From Euglena gracilis (Eukaryota): a stretch of DNA of 54,583 nt. Positions 1 through 13,900 of the stretch are shown piece after piece (the stretch's first letter is position 1; every line of letters starts with the position of its first letter). The translations under genes were made by a program, and so were the position numbers. Where the stretch lies: contig CP154954.1 of the NCBI GenBank assembly GCA_039621445.1, positions 39,889,816 to 39,944,398 of the forward strand, written 5' to 3'. Under the pieces are notes generated by a model. That model was not told the DNA's origin and ran no database searches. It worked only from the letters and a program-made list of their open reading frames with translations.

Positions 1-3000
1 TTTTTGGGGCCAGATTGCCTCAATGCCAGGAAATTCGGGGGTGCCAAAAAGTGCGACCAGCCCCCGGGACCAGGTCGGCTGGGTTCCCCGCCCCCCCAAA
101 ACCCCACTGCCACCGGAACCACTGCTGGTAAAACACCCCGCAATAGCGAAATTTGGGCAATTTTTTCAGTACAATTCGGGGCGGCTGGTGGGGGTGGGGG
201 GGGGGGCGGGATTTTTTGGGGCCAGATTGCCTCAATGCCAGGAAATTGGGGGGTGCCAAAAAGTGCGACCAGCCCCCGGGACCAGGTCAGTCGGCTGGGT
301 TCCCCGCCCCCAAAAACCCTCTTGCCACCGGATCCACTGCTGGTGAAACACCCCGCAATAGCGAAATTTTGGCAATTTTTTCAGTATAATTCGGGGCGGC
401 TGGTGGGGGGGGGGGCGGGATTTTTTGGGGCCAGATTGCCTCAATGCCAGGAAATTGGGGGGTGCCAAAAAGTGCGACCAGCCCCCGGGACCAGGTCGGC
501 TGGGTTCCCCGCCCCCAAAAACCCCACTGCCATTGGAACCACTGCTGGTAAAGCACCCCGCAATAGCGAAATTTTGGCAATTTTTTCAGTATAATTCGGG
601 GCGGCTGGTGGGGGTGGGGGGGGGGCGGGATTTTGGGGGGCCAGATTGCCTCAATGCCAGGAAATTCGGGGGAGCCAAAAAGTGCGACCAGCCCCCGGGA
701 CCAGGTCGGCTGGGTTCCCCGCCCCCAAAAACCCTCTTGCCACCGGATCCACTGCTGGTAAAACACCCCGCAATAGCGAAATTTTGGCAATTTTTTCAGT
801 ATAATTCGGGGCGGCTCGCGGGGGTGGGGGGGGGGCGGGATTTTTTGGGGCCAGATTGCCTCAATGCCAGGAAATTCGGGGGTGCCAAAAAGTGCGACCA
901 GCCCCCGGGACCAGGTCGGCTGGGTTCCCCGCCCCCCAAAAACCCTCTTGCCACCGGAACCACTGCTGGTAAAACACCCCGCAATAGCGAAATTTTGGCA
1001 ATTTTTTCAGTTCAATTCGGGGCGGCTGGTGGGGGTGGGGTGGGGGGGGGGGCGGGATTTTTTGGGGCCAGATTGCCTCAATGCCAGGAAATTGGGGGGT
1101 GCCAAAAAGTGCGGCCAGCCCCCGGGACCAGGTCAGTCGGCTGGGTTCCCCGCCCTCTTGCACCGGATCCACTGCTGGTAAAACACCCCGCAATAGCGAA
1201 ATTTTGGCAATTTTTTCAGTATTATTCGGGGCGGCTGGTGGGGGTGGGGGGGGGCGGGATTTTTTGGGGCCAGATTGCCTCAATGCCAGGAAATTCGGGG
1301 GTGCCAAAAAGTGCGACCAGCCCCCGGGACCAGGTCGGCTGGGTTCCCCGCCCCCCAAAAACCCCACTGCCACCGGAACCACTGCTGGTAAAACACCCCG
1401 CAATAGCGAAATTTTGGCAATTTTTTCAGTATTATTCGGGGCGGCTGGTGGGGGTGGGGGGCGGGCGGGATTTTTTGGGGCCAGATTGCCTCAATGCCAG
1501 GAAATGGGGGGTGCCAAAAAGTGCGACCAGCCCCCGGGACCAGGTCGGCTGGGTTCCCCGCCCCCAAAAACCCCACTGCCACCGGAACCACTGCTGGTAA
1601 AACACCCCGCAATAGCGAAATTTTGGCAATTTTTTTCAGTACAATTCGGGGCGGCTGGTGGGGGTGGGGGGGGGCGGGATTTTTGGGGTCCAGATTGCCT
1701 CAATGCCAGGAAATTCGGGGGTGCCAAAAAGTGCGACCAGCCCCCGGGACCAGGTCGGCTGGGTTCCCCGCCCCCAAAAACCCCACTGCCACCGGAACCA
1801 CTGCTGGTAAAACACCCCGCAATAGCGAAATTTTGGCAATTTTTTTCAGTACAATTCAGGGCGGCTGGTGGGGGTGGGGGGGGGGCGGGATTTTTTGGGG
1901 CCAGATTGCCTCAATGCCAGGAAATTGGGGGGTGCCAAAAAGTGCGACCAGCCCCCGGAACCAGGTCGGCTGGGTTCCCCGCCCCCAAAAACCCCACTGC
2001 CACCGGAACCACTGCTGGTAAAACACCCCGCAATAGCGAAATTTTGGCAATTTTTTCAGTATTATTCGGGGCGGCTGGTGGGGGTGGGGGGGGGGGGGCG
2101 GTTTTTTTGGGGTCCAGATTGCCTCAATGCCAGGAAATTCGGGGGTGCCAAAAAGTGCGACCAGCCCCCGGGACCAGGTCGGCTGGGTTCCCCGCCCCCC
2201 CAAAACCCCACTGCCACCGGAACCACTGCTGGTAAAACACCCCGCAATAGCGAAATTTTGGCAATTTTTTCAGTATAATTCGGGGCGGCTGGTGGGGGTG
2301 GGGGGGGGGCGGGATTTTTTGGGGCCAGATTGCCTCAATGCCAGGAAATTGGGGGGTGCCAAAAAGTGCGACCAGCCCCCGGGACCAGGTCGGCTGGGTT
2401 CCCCGCCCCCAAAAACCCCACTGCCACCGGAACCACTGCTGGTAAAACACCCTGCAATAGCGAAATTTTGGCAATTTTTTCAGTATTATTCGGGGCGGCT
2501 CATGGGGGTGGGGGGGGGCGGGATTTTTTGGGGCCAGATTGCCTCAATGCCAGGAAATTCGGGGGTGCCAAAAAGTGCGACCAGCCCCCGGGACCAGGTC
2601 AGTCGGCTGGGTTCCCCGCCCCCAAAAACCCTCTTGCCACCGGATCCACTGCTGGTAAAACACCCCGCAATAGCGAAATTTTGGCAATTTTTTCAATATA
2701 ATTCGGGGCGGCTGGTGGGGGTGGGGGGGGGGGGCGGGATTTTTTGGGGCCAGATTGCCTCAATGCCAGGAAATTGGGGGGTGCCAAAAAGTGCGACCAG
2801 CCCCCGGGACCAGGTCGGCTGGGTTCCCCGCCCCCAAAAACCCCACTGCCACCGGATCCACTGCTGGTAAAACACCCCGCAATAGCGAAATTTTGGCAAT
2901 TTTTTCAGTATTATTCGGGGCGGCTGGTGGGGGTGGGGGGGGCGGGATTTTTGGGGTCCAGATTGCCTCAATGCCAGAAATTCGGGGGTGCCAAAAAGTG

Positions 3001-6000
3001 CGACCAGCCCCCGGGACCAGGTCGGCTGGGTTCCCCGCCCCCAAAAACCCCACTGCCACCGGAACCACTGCTGGTAAAACACCCCGCAATAGCGAAATTT
3101 TGGCAATTTTTTCAGTACAATTCAGGGCGGCTGGTGGGGGTGGGGGGGGGGCGGGATTTTTTGGGCCAGATTGCCTCAATGCCAGGAAATTGGGGGGTGC
3201 CAAAAAGTGCGACCAGCCCCCGGAACCAGGTCGGCTGGGTTCCCCGCCCCCCAAAAACCCCACTGCCACCGGATCCACTGCTGGTAAAACACCCCGCAAT
3301 AGCGAAATTTTGGCAATTTTTTCAGTATTATTCGGGGCGGCTGGTGGGGGTGGTGGGGGCGGGATTTTTGGGGGCCAGATTGCCTCAATGCCAGGAAATT
3401 CGGGGGTGCCAAAAAGTGCGACCAGCCCCCGGGACCAGGTCGGCTGGGTTCCCCGCCCCCAAAAACCCCACTGCCACCGGAACCACTGCTGGTAAAACAC
3501 CCCGCAATAGCGAAATTTTGGCAATTTTTTTCAGTACAATTCGGGGCGGCTGGTGGGGGTGGGGGGGGGCGGGATTTTTGGGGTCCAGATTGCCTCAATG
3601 CCAGGAAATTCGGGGGTGCCAAAAAGTGCGACCAGCCCCCGGGACCAGGTCGGCTGGGTTCCCCGCCCCCAAAAACCCCACTGCCACCGGAACCACTGCT
3701 GGTAAAACACCCCGCAATAGCGAAATTTTGGCAATTTTTTTCAGTACAATTCAGGGCGGCTGGTGGGGGGGGGGGGCGGGATTTTTTGGGGCCAGATTGC
3801 CTCAATGCCAGGAAATTCGGGGGTGCCAAAAAGTGCGACCAGCCCCCGGAACCGGTCGGCTGGGTTCCCCGCCCCCAAAAACCCTCTTGCCACCGGATCC
3901 ACTGCTGGTAAAACACCCCGCAATAGCGAAATTTTGGCATTTTTTTCAATATAATTCGGGGCGGCTGGTGGGGGTGGGGGGGGGGGGGCGGGATTTTTTG
4001 GGGCCAGATTGCCTCAATGCCAGGAAATTGGGGGGTGCCAAAAAGTGCGACCAGCCCCCGGGACCAGGTCGGCTGGGTTCCCCGCCCCCAAAAACCCTCT
4101 TGCCACCGGATCCACTGCTGGTAAAACACTCCGCAATAGCGAAATTTTGGCAATTTTTTCAGTATTATTCGGGGCGGCTGGTGGGGGTAGGGGGGGCGGG
4201 ATTTTTGGGGTCCAGATTGCCTCAATGCCAGAAATTCGGGGGTGCCAAAAAGTGCGACCAGCCCCCGGGACCAGGTCGGCTGGGTTCCCCGCCCCCAAAA
4301 ACCCCACTGCCACCGGAACCACTGCTGGTAAAACACCCCGCAATAGCGAAATTTTGGCAATTTTTTCAGTACAATTCAGGGCGGCTGGTGGGGGTGGGGG
4401 GGGGGCGGGATTTTTTGGGCCAGATTGCCTCAATGCCAGGAAATTGGGGGGTGCCAAAAAGTGCGACCAGCCCCCGGAACCAGGTCGGCTGGGTTCCCCG
4501 CCCCCCAAAAACCCCACTGCCACCGGATCCACTGCTGGTAAAACACCCCGCAATAGCGAAATTTTGGCAATTTTTTCAGTATTATTCGGGGCGGCTGGTG
4601 GGGGTGGTGGGGGCGGGATTTTTGGGGGCCAGATTGCCTCAATGCCAGCCAATTCGGGGGTGCCAAAAAGTGCGACCAGCCCCCGGGACCAGGTCGGCTG
4701 GGTTCCCCGCCCCCAAAAACCCCACTGCCACCGGAACCACTGCTGGTAAAACACCCCGCAATAGCGAAATTTTGGCAATTTTTTTCAGTACAATTCGGGG
4801 CGGCTGGTGGGGGTGGGGGGGGGGCGGGATTTTTGGGGTCCAGATTGCCTCAATGCCAGGAAATTCGGGGGTGCCAAAAAGTGCGACCAGCCCCCGGGAC
4901 CAGGTCGGCTGGGTTCCCCGCCCCCAAAAACCCCACTGCCACCGGAACCACTGCTGGTAAAACACCCCGCAATAGCGAAATTTTGGCAATTTTTTTCAGT
5001 ACAATTCAGGGAGGCTGGTGGGGGTGGTGGGGGGGGGCCATTGCCTCAATGCCAGGAAATTCGGGGGTGCCAAAAAGTGCGACCAGCCCCCGGAACCGGT
5101 CGGCTGGGTTCCCCGCCCCCAAAAACCCCACTGCCACCGGAACCACTGCTGGTAAAACACCCCGCAATAGCGAAATTTTGGCAATTTTTTCAGTATTATT
5201 CGGGGCGGCTGGTGGGGGTGGGGGGGGGGGCGGGAATTTTTGGGGCCAGATTGCCTCAATGCCAGGAAATTGGGGGGTGCCAAAAAGTGCGACCAGCCCC
5301 CGGGACCAGGTCGGCTGGGTTCCCCGCCCCCCAAAAACCCCACTGCCACCGGAACCACTGCTGGTAAAACACCCCGCAATAGCGAAATTTTGGCAATTTT
5401 TTCAGTATAATTCGGGGCGGCTGGTGGGGGTGGGGGGGGGCGGGATTTTTTGGGGCCAGATTGCCTCAATGCCAGGAAATTGGGGGGTGCCAAAAAGTGC
5501 GACCAGCCCCCGGGACCAGGTCGGCTGGGTTCCCCGCCCCCAAAAACCCCACTGCCACCGGAACCACTGCTGGTAAAACACCCTGCAATAGCGAAATTTT
5601 GGCAATTTTTTCAGTATTATTCGGGGCGGCTCATGGGGGTGGGGGGGGGCGGGATTTTTTGGGGCCAGATTGCCTCAATGCCAGGAAATTCGGGGGTGCC
5701 AAAAAGTGCGACCAGCCCCCGGGACCAGGTCAGTCGGCTGGGTTCCCCGCCCCCAAAAACCCTCTTGCCACCGGATCCACTGCTGGTAAAACACCCCGCA
5801 ATAGCGAAATTTTGGCAATTTTTTTCAGTACAATTCAGGGCGGCTGGTGGGGGGGGGGGGGGGGGGGGAGGGATTTTTTGGGGCCAGATTGCCTCAATGC
5901 CAGGAAATTGGGGGGTGCCAAAAAGTGCGACCAGCCCCCGGGACCAGGTCGGCTGGGTTCCCCGCCCCCAAAAACCCTCTTGCCACCGGATCCACTGCTG

Positions 6001-7937
6001 GTAAAACACTCCGCAATAGCGAAATTTTGGCAATTTTTTCAGTATTATTCGGGGCGGCTGGTGGGGGTAGGGGGGGCGGGATTTTTGGGGTCCAGATTGC
6101 CTCAATGCCAGAAATTCGGGGGTGCCAAAAAGTGCGACCAGCCCCCGGGACCAGGTCGGCTGGGTTCCCCGCCCCCAAAAACCCCACTGCCACACGCCCG
6201 ACACCCGGTAAAACACCCCGTGATAGCGAAATTTTGGCAATTTTTTCAGTACAATTCAGGGCGGCTGGTGGGGGTGGGGGGGGGGCGGGATTTTTGGGGC
6301 CAGATTGCCTCAATGCCAGGAAATTGGGGGGTGCCAAAAAGTGCGACCAGCCCCCGGAACCAGGTCGGCTGGGTTCCCCGCCCCCCAAAAACCCCACTGC
6401 CACCGGATCCACTGCTGGTAAAACACCCCGCAATAGCGAAATTTTGGCAATTTTTTCAGTATAATTCGGGGCGGCTGGTGGGGGTGGGGGGGGGCGGGAT
6501 TTTTGGGGTCCAGATTGCCTCAATGCCAGAAATTCGGGGGTGCCAAAAAGTGCGACCAGCCCCCGGGACCAGGTCGGCTGGGTTCCCCGCCCCCAAAAAC
6601 CCCACTGCCACCGGCCCAACTGCTGGTAAAACACCCCGCAATAGCGAAATTTTGGCAATTTTTTCAGTACAATTCGGGGCGGCTGGTGGGGGTGGGGGGG
6701 GGGCGGGATTTTTGGGGGCCAGATTGCCTCAATGCCAGGAAATTCGGGGGTGCCAAAAAGTGCGACCAGCCCCCGGGACCAGGTCGGCTGGGTTCCCCGC
6801 CCCCAAAAACCCCACTGCCACCGGAACCACTGCTGGTAAAACACCCCGCAATAGCGAAATTTTGGCAATTTTTTTCAGTACAATTCAGGGCGGCTGGTGG
6901 GGGGGGGGGGCGGGATTTTTTGGGGCCAGATTGCCTCAATGCCAGGAAATTGGGGGGTGCCAAAAAGTGCGACCAGCCCCCGGGACCAGGTCGGCTGGGT
7001 TCCCCGCCCCCAAAAACCCCACTGCCACCGGAACCACTGCTGGTAAAACACCCCGCAATAGCGAAATTTTGGCAATTTTTTCAGTATTATTCGGGGCGGC
7101 TGGTGGGGGAGGGGGGGGGAAGGAAAATTGGGGGCCAGATTGCCTCAATGCCAGGAAATTGGGGGGTGCCAAAAAGTGCGACCAGCCCCCGGGACCAGGT
7201 CGGCTGGGTTCCCCGCCCCCCCAAAACCCCACTGCCACCGGAACCACTGCTGGTAAAACACCCCGCAATAGCGAAATTTTGGCAATTTTTTCAGTATAAT
7301 TCGGGGCGGCTGGTGGGGGTGGGGGGGGGGGCGGGATTTTTTGGGGCCAGATTGCCTCAATGCCAGGAAATTGGGGGGTGCCAAAAAGTGCGACCAGCCC
7401 CCGGGACCAGGTCGGCTGGGTTCCCCGCCCCCAAAAACCCCACTGCCACCGGAACCACTGCTGGTAAAACACCCTGCAATAGCGAAATTTTGGCAATTTT
7501 TTCAGTATTATTCGGGGCGGCTCATGGGGGTGGGGGGGGGGCGGGATTTTTTGGGGCCAGATTGCCTCAATGCCAGGAAATTCGGGGGTGCCAAAAAGTG
7601 CGACCAGCCCCCGGGACCAGGTCAGTCGGCTGGGTTCCCCGCCCCCAAAAACCCTCTTGCCACCGGATCCACTGCTGGTAAAACACCCCGCAATAGCGAA
7701 ATTTTGGCAATTTTTTCAGTATAATTCGGGGCGGCTGGTGGGGGTGGGGGGGGGGGGGGGGGGATTTTTTGGGGCCAGATTGCCTCAATGCCAGGAAATT
7801 GGGGGGTGCCAAAAAGTGCGACCAGCCCCCGGGACCAGGTCGGCTGGGTTCCCCGCCCCCAAAAACCCTCTTGCCACCGGATCCACTGCTGGTAAAACAC
7901 TCCGCAATAGCGAAATTTTGGCAATTTTTTCAGTATT

Positions 7938-7968
<31 letters not shown>

Positions 7969-10900
7969 CGGGGATTTTTGGGGGCCAGATTGCCTCAATG
8001 CCAGGAAATTCGGGGGTGCCAAAAAGTGCGACCAGCCCCCGGGACCAGGTCGGCTGGGTTCCCCGCCCCCAAAAACCCCACTGCCACCGGAACCACTGCT
8101 GGTAAAACACCCCGCAATAGCGAAATTTTGGCAATTTTTTCAGTACAATTCAGGGCGGCTGGTGGGGGTGGGGGGGGGGCGGGATTTTTTGGGCCAGATT
8201 GCCTCAATGCCAGGAAATTGGGGGGTGCCAAAAAGTGCGACCAGCCCCCGGAACCAGGTCGGCTGGGTTCCCCGCCCCCCAAAAACCCCACTGCCACCGG
8301 ATCCACTGCTGGTAAAACACCCCGCAATAGCGAAATTTTGGCAATTTTTTCAGTATTATTCGGGGCGGCTGGTGGGGGTGGGGGGGGCGGGATTTTTGGG
8401 GGCCAGATTGCCTCAATGCCAGGAAATTCGGGGGTGCCAAAAAGTGCGACCAGCCCCCGGGACCAGGTCGGCTGGGTTCCCCGCCCCCAAAAACCCCACT
8501 GCCACCGGAACCACTGCTGGTAAAACACCCCGCAATAGCGAAATTTGGGCAATTTTTTCAGTACAATTCGGGGCGGCTGGTGGGGGTGGGGTGGGGGGGG
8601 GGGCGGGATTTTTGGGGGCCAGATTGCCTCAATGCCAGGAAATTCGGGGGTGCCAAAAAGTGCGACCAGCCCCCGGGACCAGGTCAGTCGGCTGGGTTCC
8701 CCGCCCCCAAAAACCCTCTTGCCACCGGATCCACTGCTGGTAAAACACCCCGCAATAGCGAAATTTTGGCAATTTTTTCAGTATTATTCGGGGCGGCTGG
8801 TGGGGGTGGGGGGGGGCGGGATTTTTTGGGGCCAGATTGCCTCAATGCCAGGAAATTCGGGGGTGCCAAAAAGTGCGACCAGCCCCCGGGACCAGGTCGG
8901 CTGGGTTCCCCGCCCCCAAAAACCCCACTGCCACCGGAACCACTGCTGGTAAAACACCCCGCAATAGCGAAATTTTGGCAATTTTTTCAGTACAATTCGG
9001 GGCGGCTGGTGGGGGTGGGGGGGGGCGGGATTTTTTGGGGCCAGATTGCCTCAATGCCAGGAAATTCGGGGGTGCCAAAAAGTGCGACCAGCCCCCGGGA
9101 CCAGGTCGGCTGGGTTCCCCGCCCCCCAAAAACCCCACTGCCACCGGAACCACTGCTGGTAAAACACCCCGCAATAGCGAAATTTTGGCAATTTTTTCAG
9201 TACAATTCGGGGCGGCTGGTGGGGGTGGGGGGGGCGGGATTTTTTGGGGCCAGATTGCCTCAATGCCAGGAAATTGGGGGGTGCCAAAAAGTGCGACCAG
9301 CCCCCGGGACCAGGTCGGCTGGGTTCCCCGCCCCCAAAAACCCCACTGCCACCGGAACCACTGCTGGTAAAACACCCCGCAATAGCGAAATTTTGGCAAT
9401 TTTTTCAGTACAATTCAGGGCGGCTGGTGGGGGTGGGGGGGGGGATTTTTTGGGGCCAGATTGCCTCAATGCCAGGAAATTGGGGGGTGCCAAAAAGTGC
9501 GACCAGCCCCCGGGACCATGTCGGTCGGCTGGGTTCCCCGCCCCCCAAAAACCCCACTGCCACCGGATCCACTGCTGGTAAAACACCCCGCAATAGCGAA
9601 ATTTTGGCAATTTTTTCAGTATTATTCGGGGCGGCTGGTGGGGGTGGGGGGGGCGGGATTTTTGGGGGCCAGATTGCCTCAATGCCAGGAAATTCGGGGG
9701 TGCCAAAAAGTGCGACCAGCCCCCGGGACCAGGTCGGCTGGGTTCCCGCCCCCCAAAAACCCCACTGCCACCGGATCCACTGCTGGTAAAACACCCCGCA
9801 ATAGCGAAATTTTGGCAATTTTTTCAGTATTATTCGGGGCGGCTGGTGGGGGTGGGGGGGGCGGGATTTTTGGGGGCCAGATTGCCTCAATGCCAGGAAA
9901 TTGGGGGGTGCCAAAAAGTGCGACCAGCCCCCGGAACCAGGTCGGCTGGGTTCCCCGCCCCCCAAAAACCCCACTGCCACCGGATCCACTGCTGGTAAAA
10001 CACCCCGCAATAGCGAAATTTTGGCAATTTTTTCAGTATTATTCGGGGCGGCTGGTGGGGGTGGGGGGGGCGGGATTTTTGGGGGCCAGATTGCCTCAAT
10101 GCCAGGAAATTCGGGGGTGCCAAAAAGTGCGACCAGCCCCCGGGACCAGGTCGGCTGGGTTCCCCGCCCCCCAAAAACCCCACTGCCACCGGAACCACTG
10201 CTGGTAAAACACCCCGCAATAGCGAAATTTGGGCAATTTTTTCAGTACAATTCGGGGCGGCTGGTGGGGGTGGGGTGGGGGGGGGCGGGATTTTTGGGGG
10301 CCAGATTGCCTCAATGCCAGGAAATTCGGGGGTGCCAAAAAGTGCGACCAGCCCCCGGGACCAGGTCAGTCGGCTGGGTTCCCCGCCCCCAAAAACCCCA
10401 CTGCCACCGGATCCACTGCTGGTAAAACACCCCGCAATAGCGAAATTTCGGCAATTTTTTCAGTATATTTCGGGGCGGCTGGTGGGGGGGGGGGGGGCGG
10501 GATTTTTGGGGGCCAGATTGCCTCAATGCCAGGAAATGGGTGCCAAAAAGTGCGACCAGCCCCCGGGACCAGGTCGGCTGGGTTCCCCGCCCCCTAAAAG
10601 CCTCTTGCCACCGGAACCACTGCTGGTGAAACACCCCGCAATAGCGAAATTTTGGCAATTTTTTTAGTATTATTCGGGGCGGCTCATGGGGGAGGGGGGG
10701 GGGCGGGATTTTGGGGGCCAGATTGCCTCAATGCCAGGAAATTCGGGGGTGCCAAAAAGTGCGACCAGCCCCCGGGACCAGGTCGGCTGGGTTCCCCGCC
10801 CCCACAAACCCCACGCCAAGGAACCACGATGGTCGTAAAACACCCCGCAATAGCGAAATTTCGGCAATTTTTTCAGTACAATTCGGGGCGGCTGGTGGGG

Positions 10901-13900
10901 GTGGGGGGGGGGGCGGGATTTTTGGGGGCCAGATTGCCTCAATGCCAGGAAATTGGGGGGTGCCAAAAAGTGCGACCAGCCCCCGGGACCAGGTCGGCTG
11001 GGTTCCCCGCCCCCAAAAACCCTCTTGCCACCGGATCCACTGCTGGTAAAACACCCCGCAATAGCGAAATTTTGGCAATTTTTTCAGTATAATATATAAT
11101 TCGGGGCGGCTGGTGGGGGGGGGGCGGGATTTTTTGGGGCCAGATTGCCTCAATGCCAGGAAATTGGGGGGTGCCAAAAAGTGCGACCAGCCCCCGGGAC
11201 CAGGTCGGCTGGGTTCCCCGCCCCCAAAAACCCCACTGCCACCGGAACCACTGCTGGTAAAACACCCCGCAATAGCGAAATTGGGGCAATTTTTTAAGTA
11301 CAATTAGGGGAGGCTGGTGGTGGGGGTGGGGCGGGGGGGGGAGGAATTTTGAGGGCCAGATTGCCTCAATGCCAGGAAATTCGGGGGTGCCAAAAAGTGC
11401 GACCAGCCCCCGGGACCAGGTCGGCTGGGTTCCCCGCCCCCAAAAACCCCACTGCCACCGGATCCACTGCTGGTAAAACACCCCGCAATAGCGAAATTTT
11501 GGCAATTTTTTCAGTATAATTCGGGGCGGCTGGTGGGGGTGGGGGGGGGGGCGGGATTTTTGGGGTCCAGATTGCCTCACTGCCAGGAAATTTGGGGGTG
11601 CCAAAAAGTGCGACCAGCCCCCGGGACCAGGTCGGCTGGGTTCCCCCCCCCCCAAAAACCCCACTGCCACCGGAACCACTGCTGGTAAAACACCCCGCAA
11701 TAGCGAAATTTTGGCAATTTTTTCAGTACAATTCGGGGCGGCTGGTGGGGGTGGGGGGGGGGGCGGGATTTTTGGGGGCCAGATTGCCTCAATGCCAGGA
11801 AATTCGGGGGTGCCAAAAAGTGCGACCAGCCCCCGGGACCAGGTCGGCTGGGTTCCCCGCCCCCAAAAACCCCACTGCCACCGGAACCACTGCTGGTAAA
11901 ACACCCCGCAATAGCGAAATTTTGGCAATTTTTTCAGTATAATTCGGGGCGGCTGGTGGGGGTGGGGGGGGGACGGGATTTTTGGGGTCCAGATTGCCTC
12001 AATGCCAGGAAATTCGGGGGTGCCAAAAAGTGCGACCAGCCCCCGGGACCAGGTCGGCTGGGTTCCCCGCCCCCCAAAAACCCCACTGCCACCGGAACCA
12101 CTGCTGGTAAAACACCCCGCAATAGCGAAATTTTGGCAATTTTTTCAGTATAATTCGGGGCGGCTGGTGGGGGTGGGGTGGGGGGGGGGCGGGATTTTTG
12201 GGGGCCAGATTGCCTCAATGCCAGGAAATTCGGGGGTGCCAAAAAGTGCGACCAGCCCCCGGGACCAGGTCGGCTGGGTTCCCCGCCCCCAAAAACCCTC
12301 TTGCCACCGGATCCACTGCTGGTAAAACACCCCGCAATAGCGAAATTTTGGCAATTTTTTCAGTATAATTCGGGGCGGCTGGTGGGGGTGGGGGGGGGGG
12401 GGGGGGGGATTTTTGGGGGCCAGATTGCCTCAATGCCAGGAAATTGGGGGGTGCCAAAAAGTGCGACCAGCCCCCGGGACCAGGTCGGCTGGGTTCCCCG
12501 CCCCCAAAAACCCTCTTGCCACCGGATCCACTGCTGGTAAAACACCCCGCAATAGCGAAATTTTGGCAATTTTTTCAGTATAATTCGGGGCGGCTGGTGG
12601 GGGTGGGGGGGGGGGGCGGGATTTTTTGGGGCCAGATTGCCTCAATGCCAGGAAATTGGGGGGTGCCAAAAAGTGCGACCAGCCCCCGGGACCAGGTCGG
12701 CTGGGTTCCCCGCCCCCCAAAAACCCCACTGCCACCGGAACCACTGCTGGTAAAACACCCCGCAATAGCGAAATTTTGGCAATTTTTTCAGTATTATTCG
12801 GGGCGGCTGGTGGGGGTGGGGGGGGGGCGGGATTTTTGGGGGCCAGATTGCCTCAATGCCAGGAAATTCGGGGGTGCCAAAAAGTGCGACCAGCCCCCGG
12901 GACCAGGTCGGCTGGGTTCCCCGCCCCCCAAAAACCCTCTTGCCACCGGATCCACTGCTGGTAAAACACCCCGCAATAGCGAAATTTCGGCAATTTTTTC
13001 AGTACAATTCGGGGCGGCTGGTGGGGGTGGGGGGGGGCGGGATTTTTTGGGGCCAGATTGCCTCAATGCCAGGAAATTGGGGGGTGCCAAAAAGTGCGAC
13101 CAGCCCCCGGGACCAGGTCGGCTGGGTTCCCCGCCCCCAAAAACCCCACTGCCACCGGAACCACTGCTGGTAAAACACCCCGCAATAGCGAAATTTCGGC
13201 AATTTTTTCAGTACGGGGCGGCTCGTGGGGGAGGGGGGGGGGCGGGATTTTGGGGGCCAGATTGCCTCAATGCCAGGAAATTGGGGGGTGCCAAAAAGTG
13301 CGACCAGCCCCCGGACCAGGTCGGCTGGGTTCCCCGCCCCCAAAAACCCCACTGCCACCGGAACCACTGCTGGTAAAACACCCCGCAACAGCGAAATTTC
13401 GGCAATTTTTTCAGTACGGGGCGGCTCATGGGGGTGGGGGGGGGGGGCGGGATTTTTGGGGGCCAGATTGCCTCAATGCCAGGAAATTCGGGGGTGCCAA
13501 AAAGTGCGACCAGCCCCCGGGACCAGGTCGGCTGGGTTCCCCGCCCCCAAAAACCCCACTGCCACCGGATCCACTGCTGGTAAAACACCCCGCAATAGCG
13601 AAATTTCGGCAATTTTTTCAGTATAATTCGGGGCGGCTGGTGGGGGTGGGGGGGGGCGGGATTTTGGGGGGCCAGATTGCCTCAATGCCAGGAAATTCGG
13701 GGGTGCCAAAAAGTGCGACCAGCCCCCGGGACCAGGTCGGCTGGGTTCCCCGCCCCCCAAAAACCCCACTGCCACCGGAACCACTGCTGGTAAAACACCC
13801 CGCAATAGCGAAATTTCGGCAATTTTTTCAGTATAATTCGGGGCGGCTGGTGGGGGTGGGGGGGGCGGGATTTTTTGGGGCCAGATTGCCTCAATGCCAG

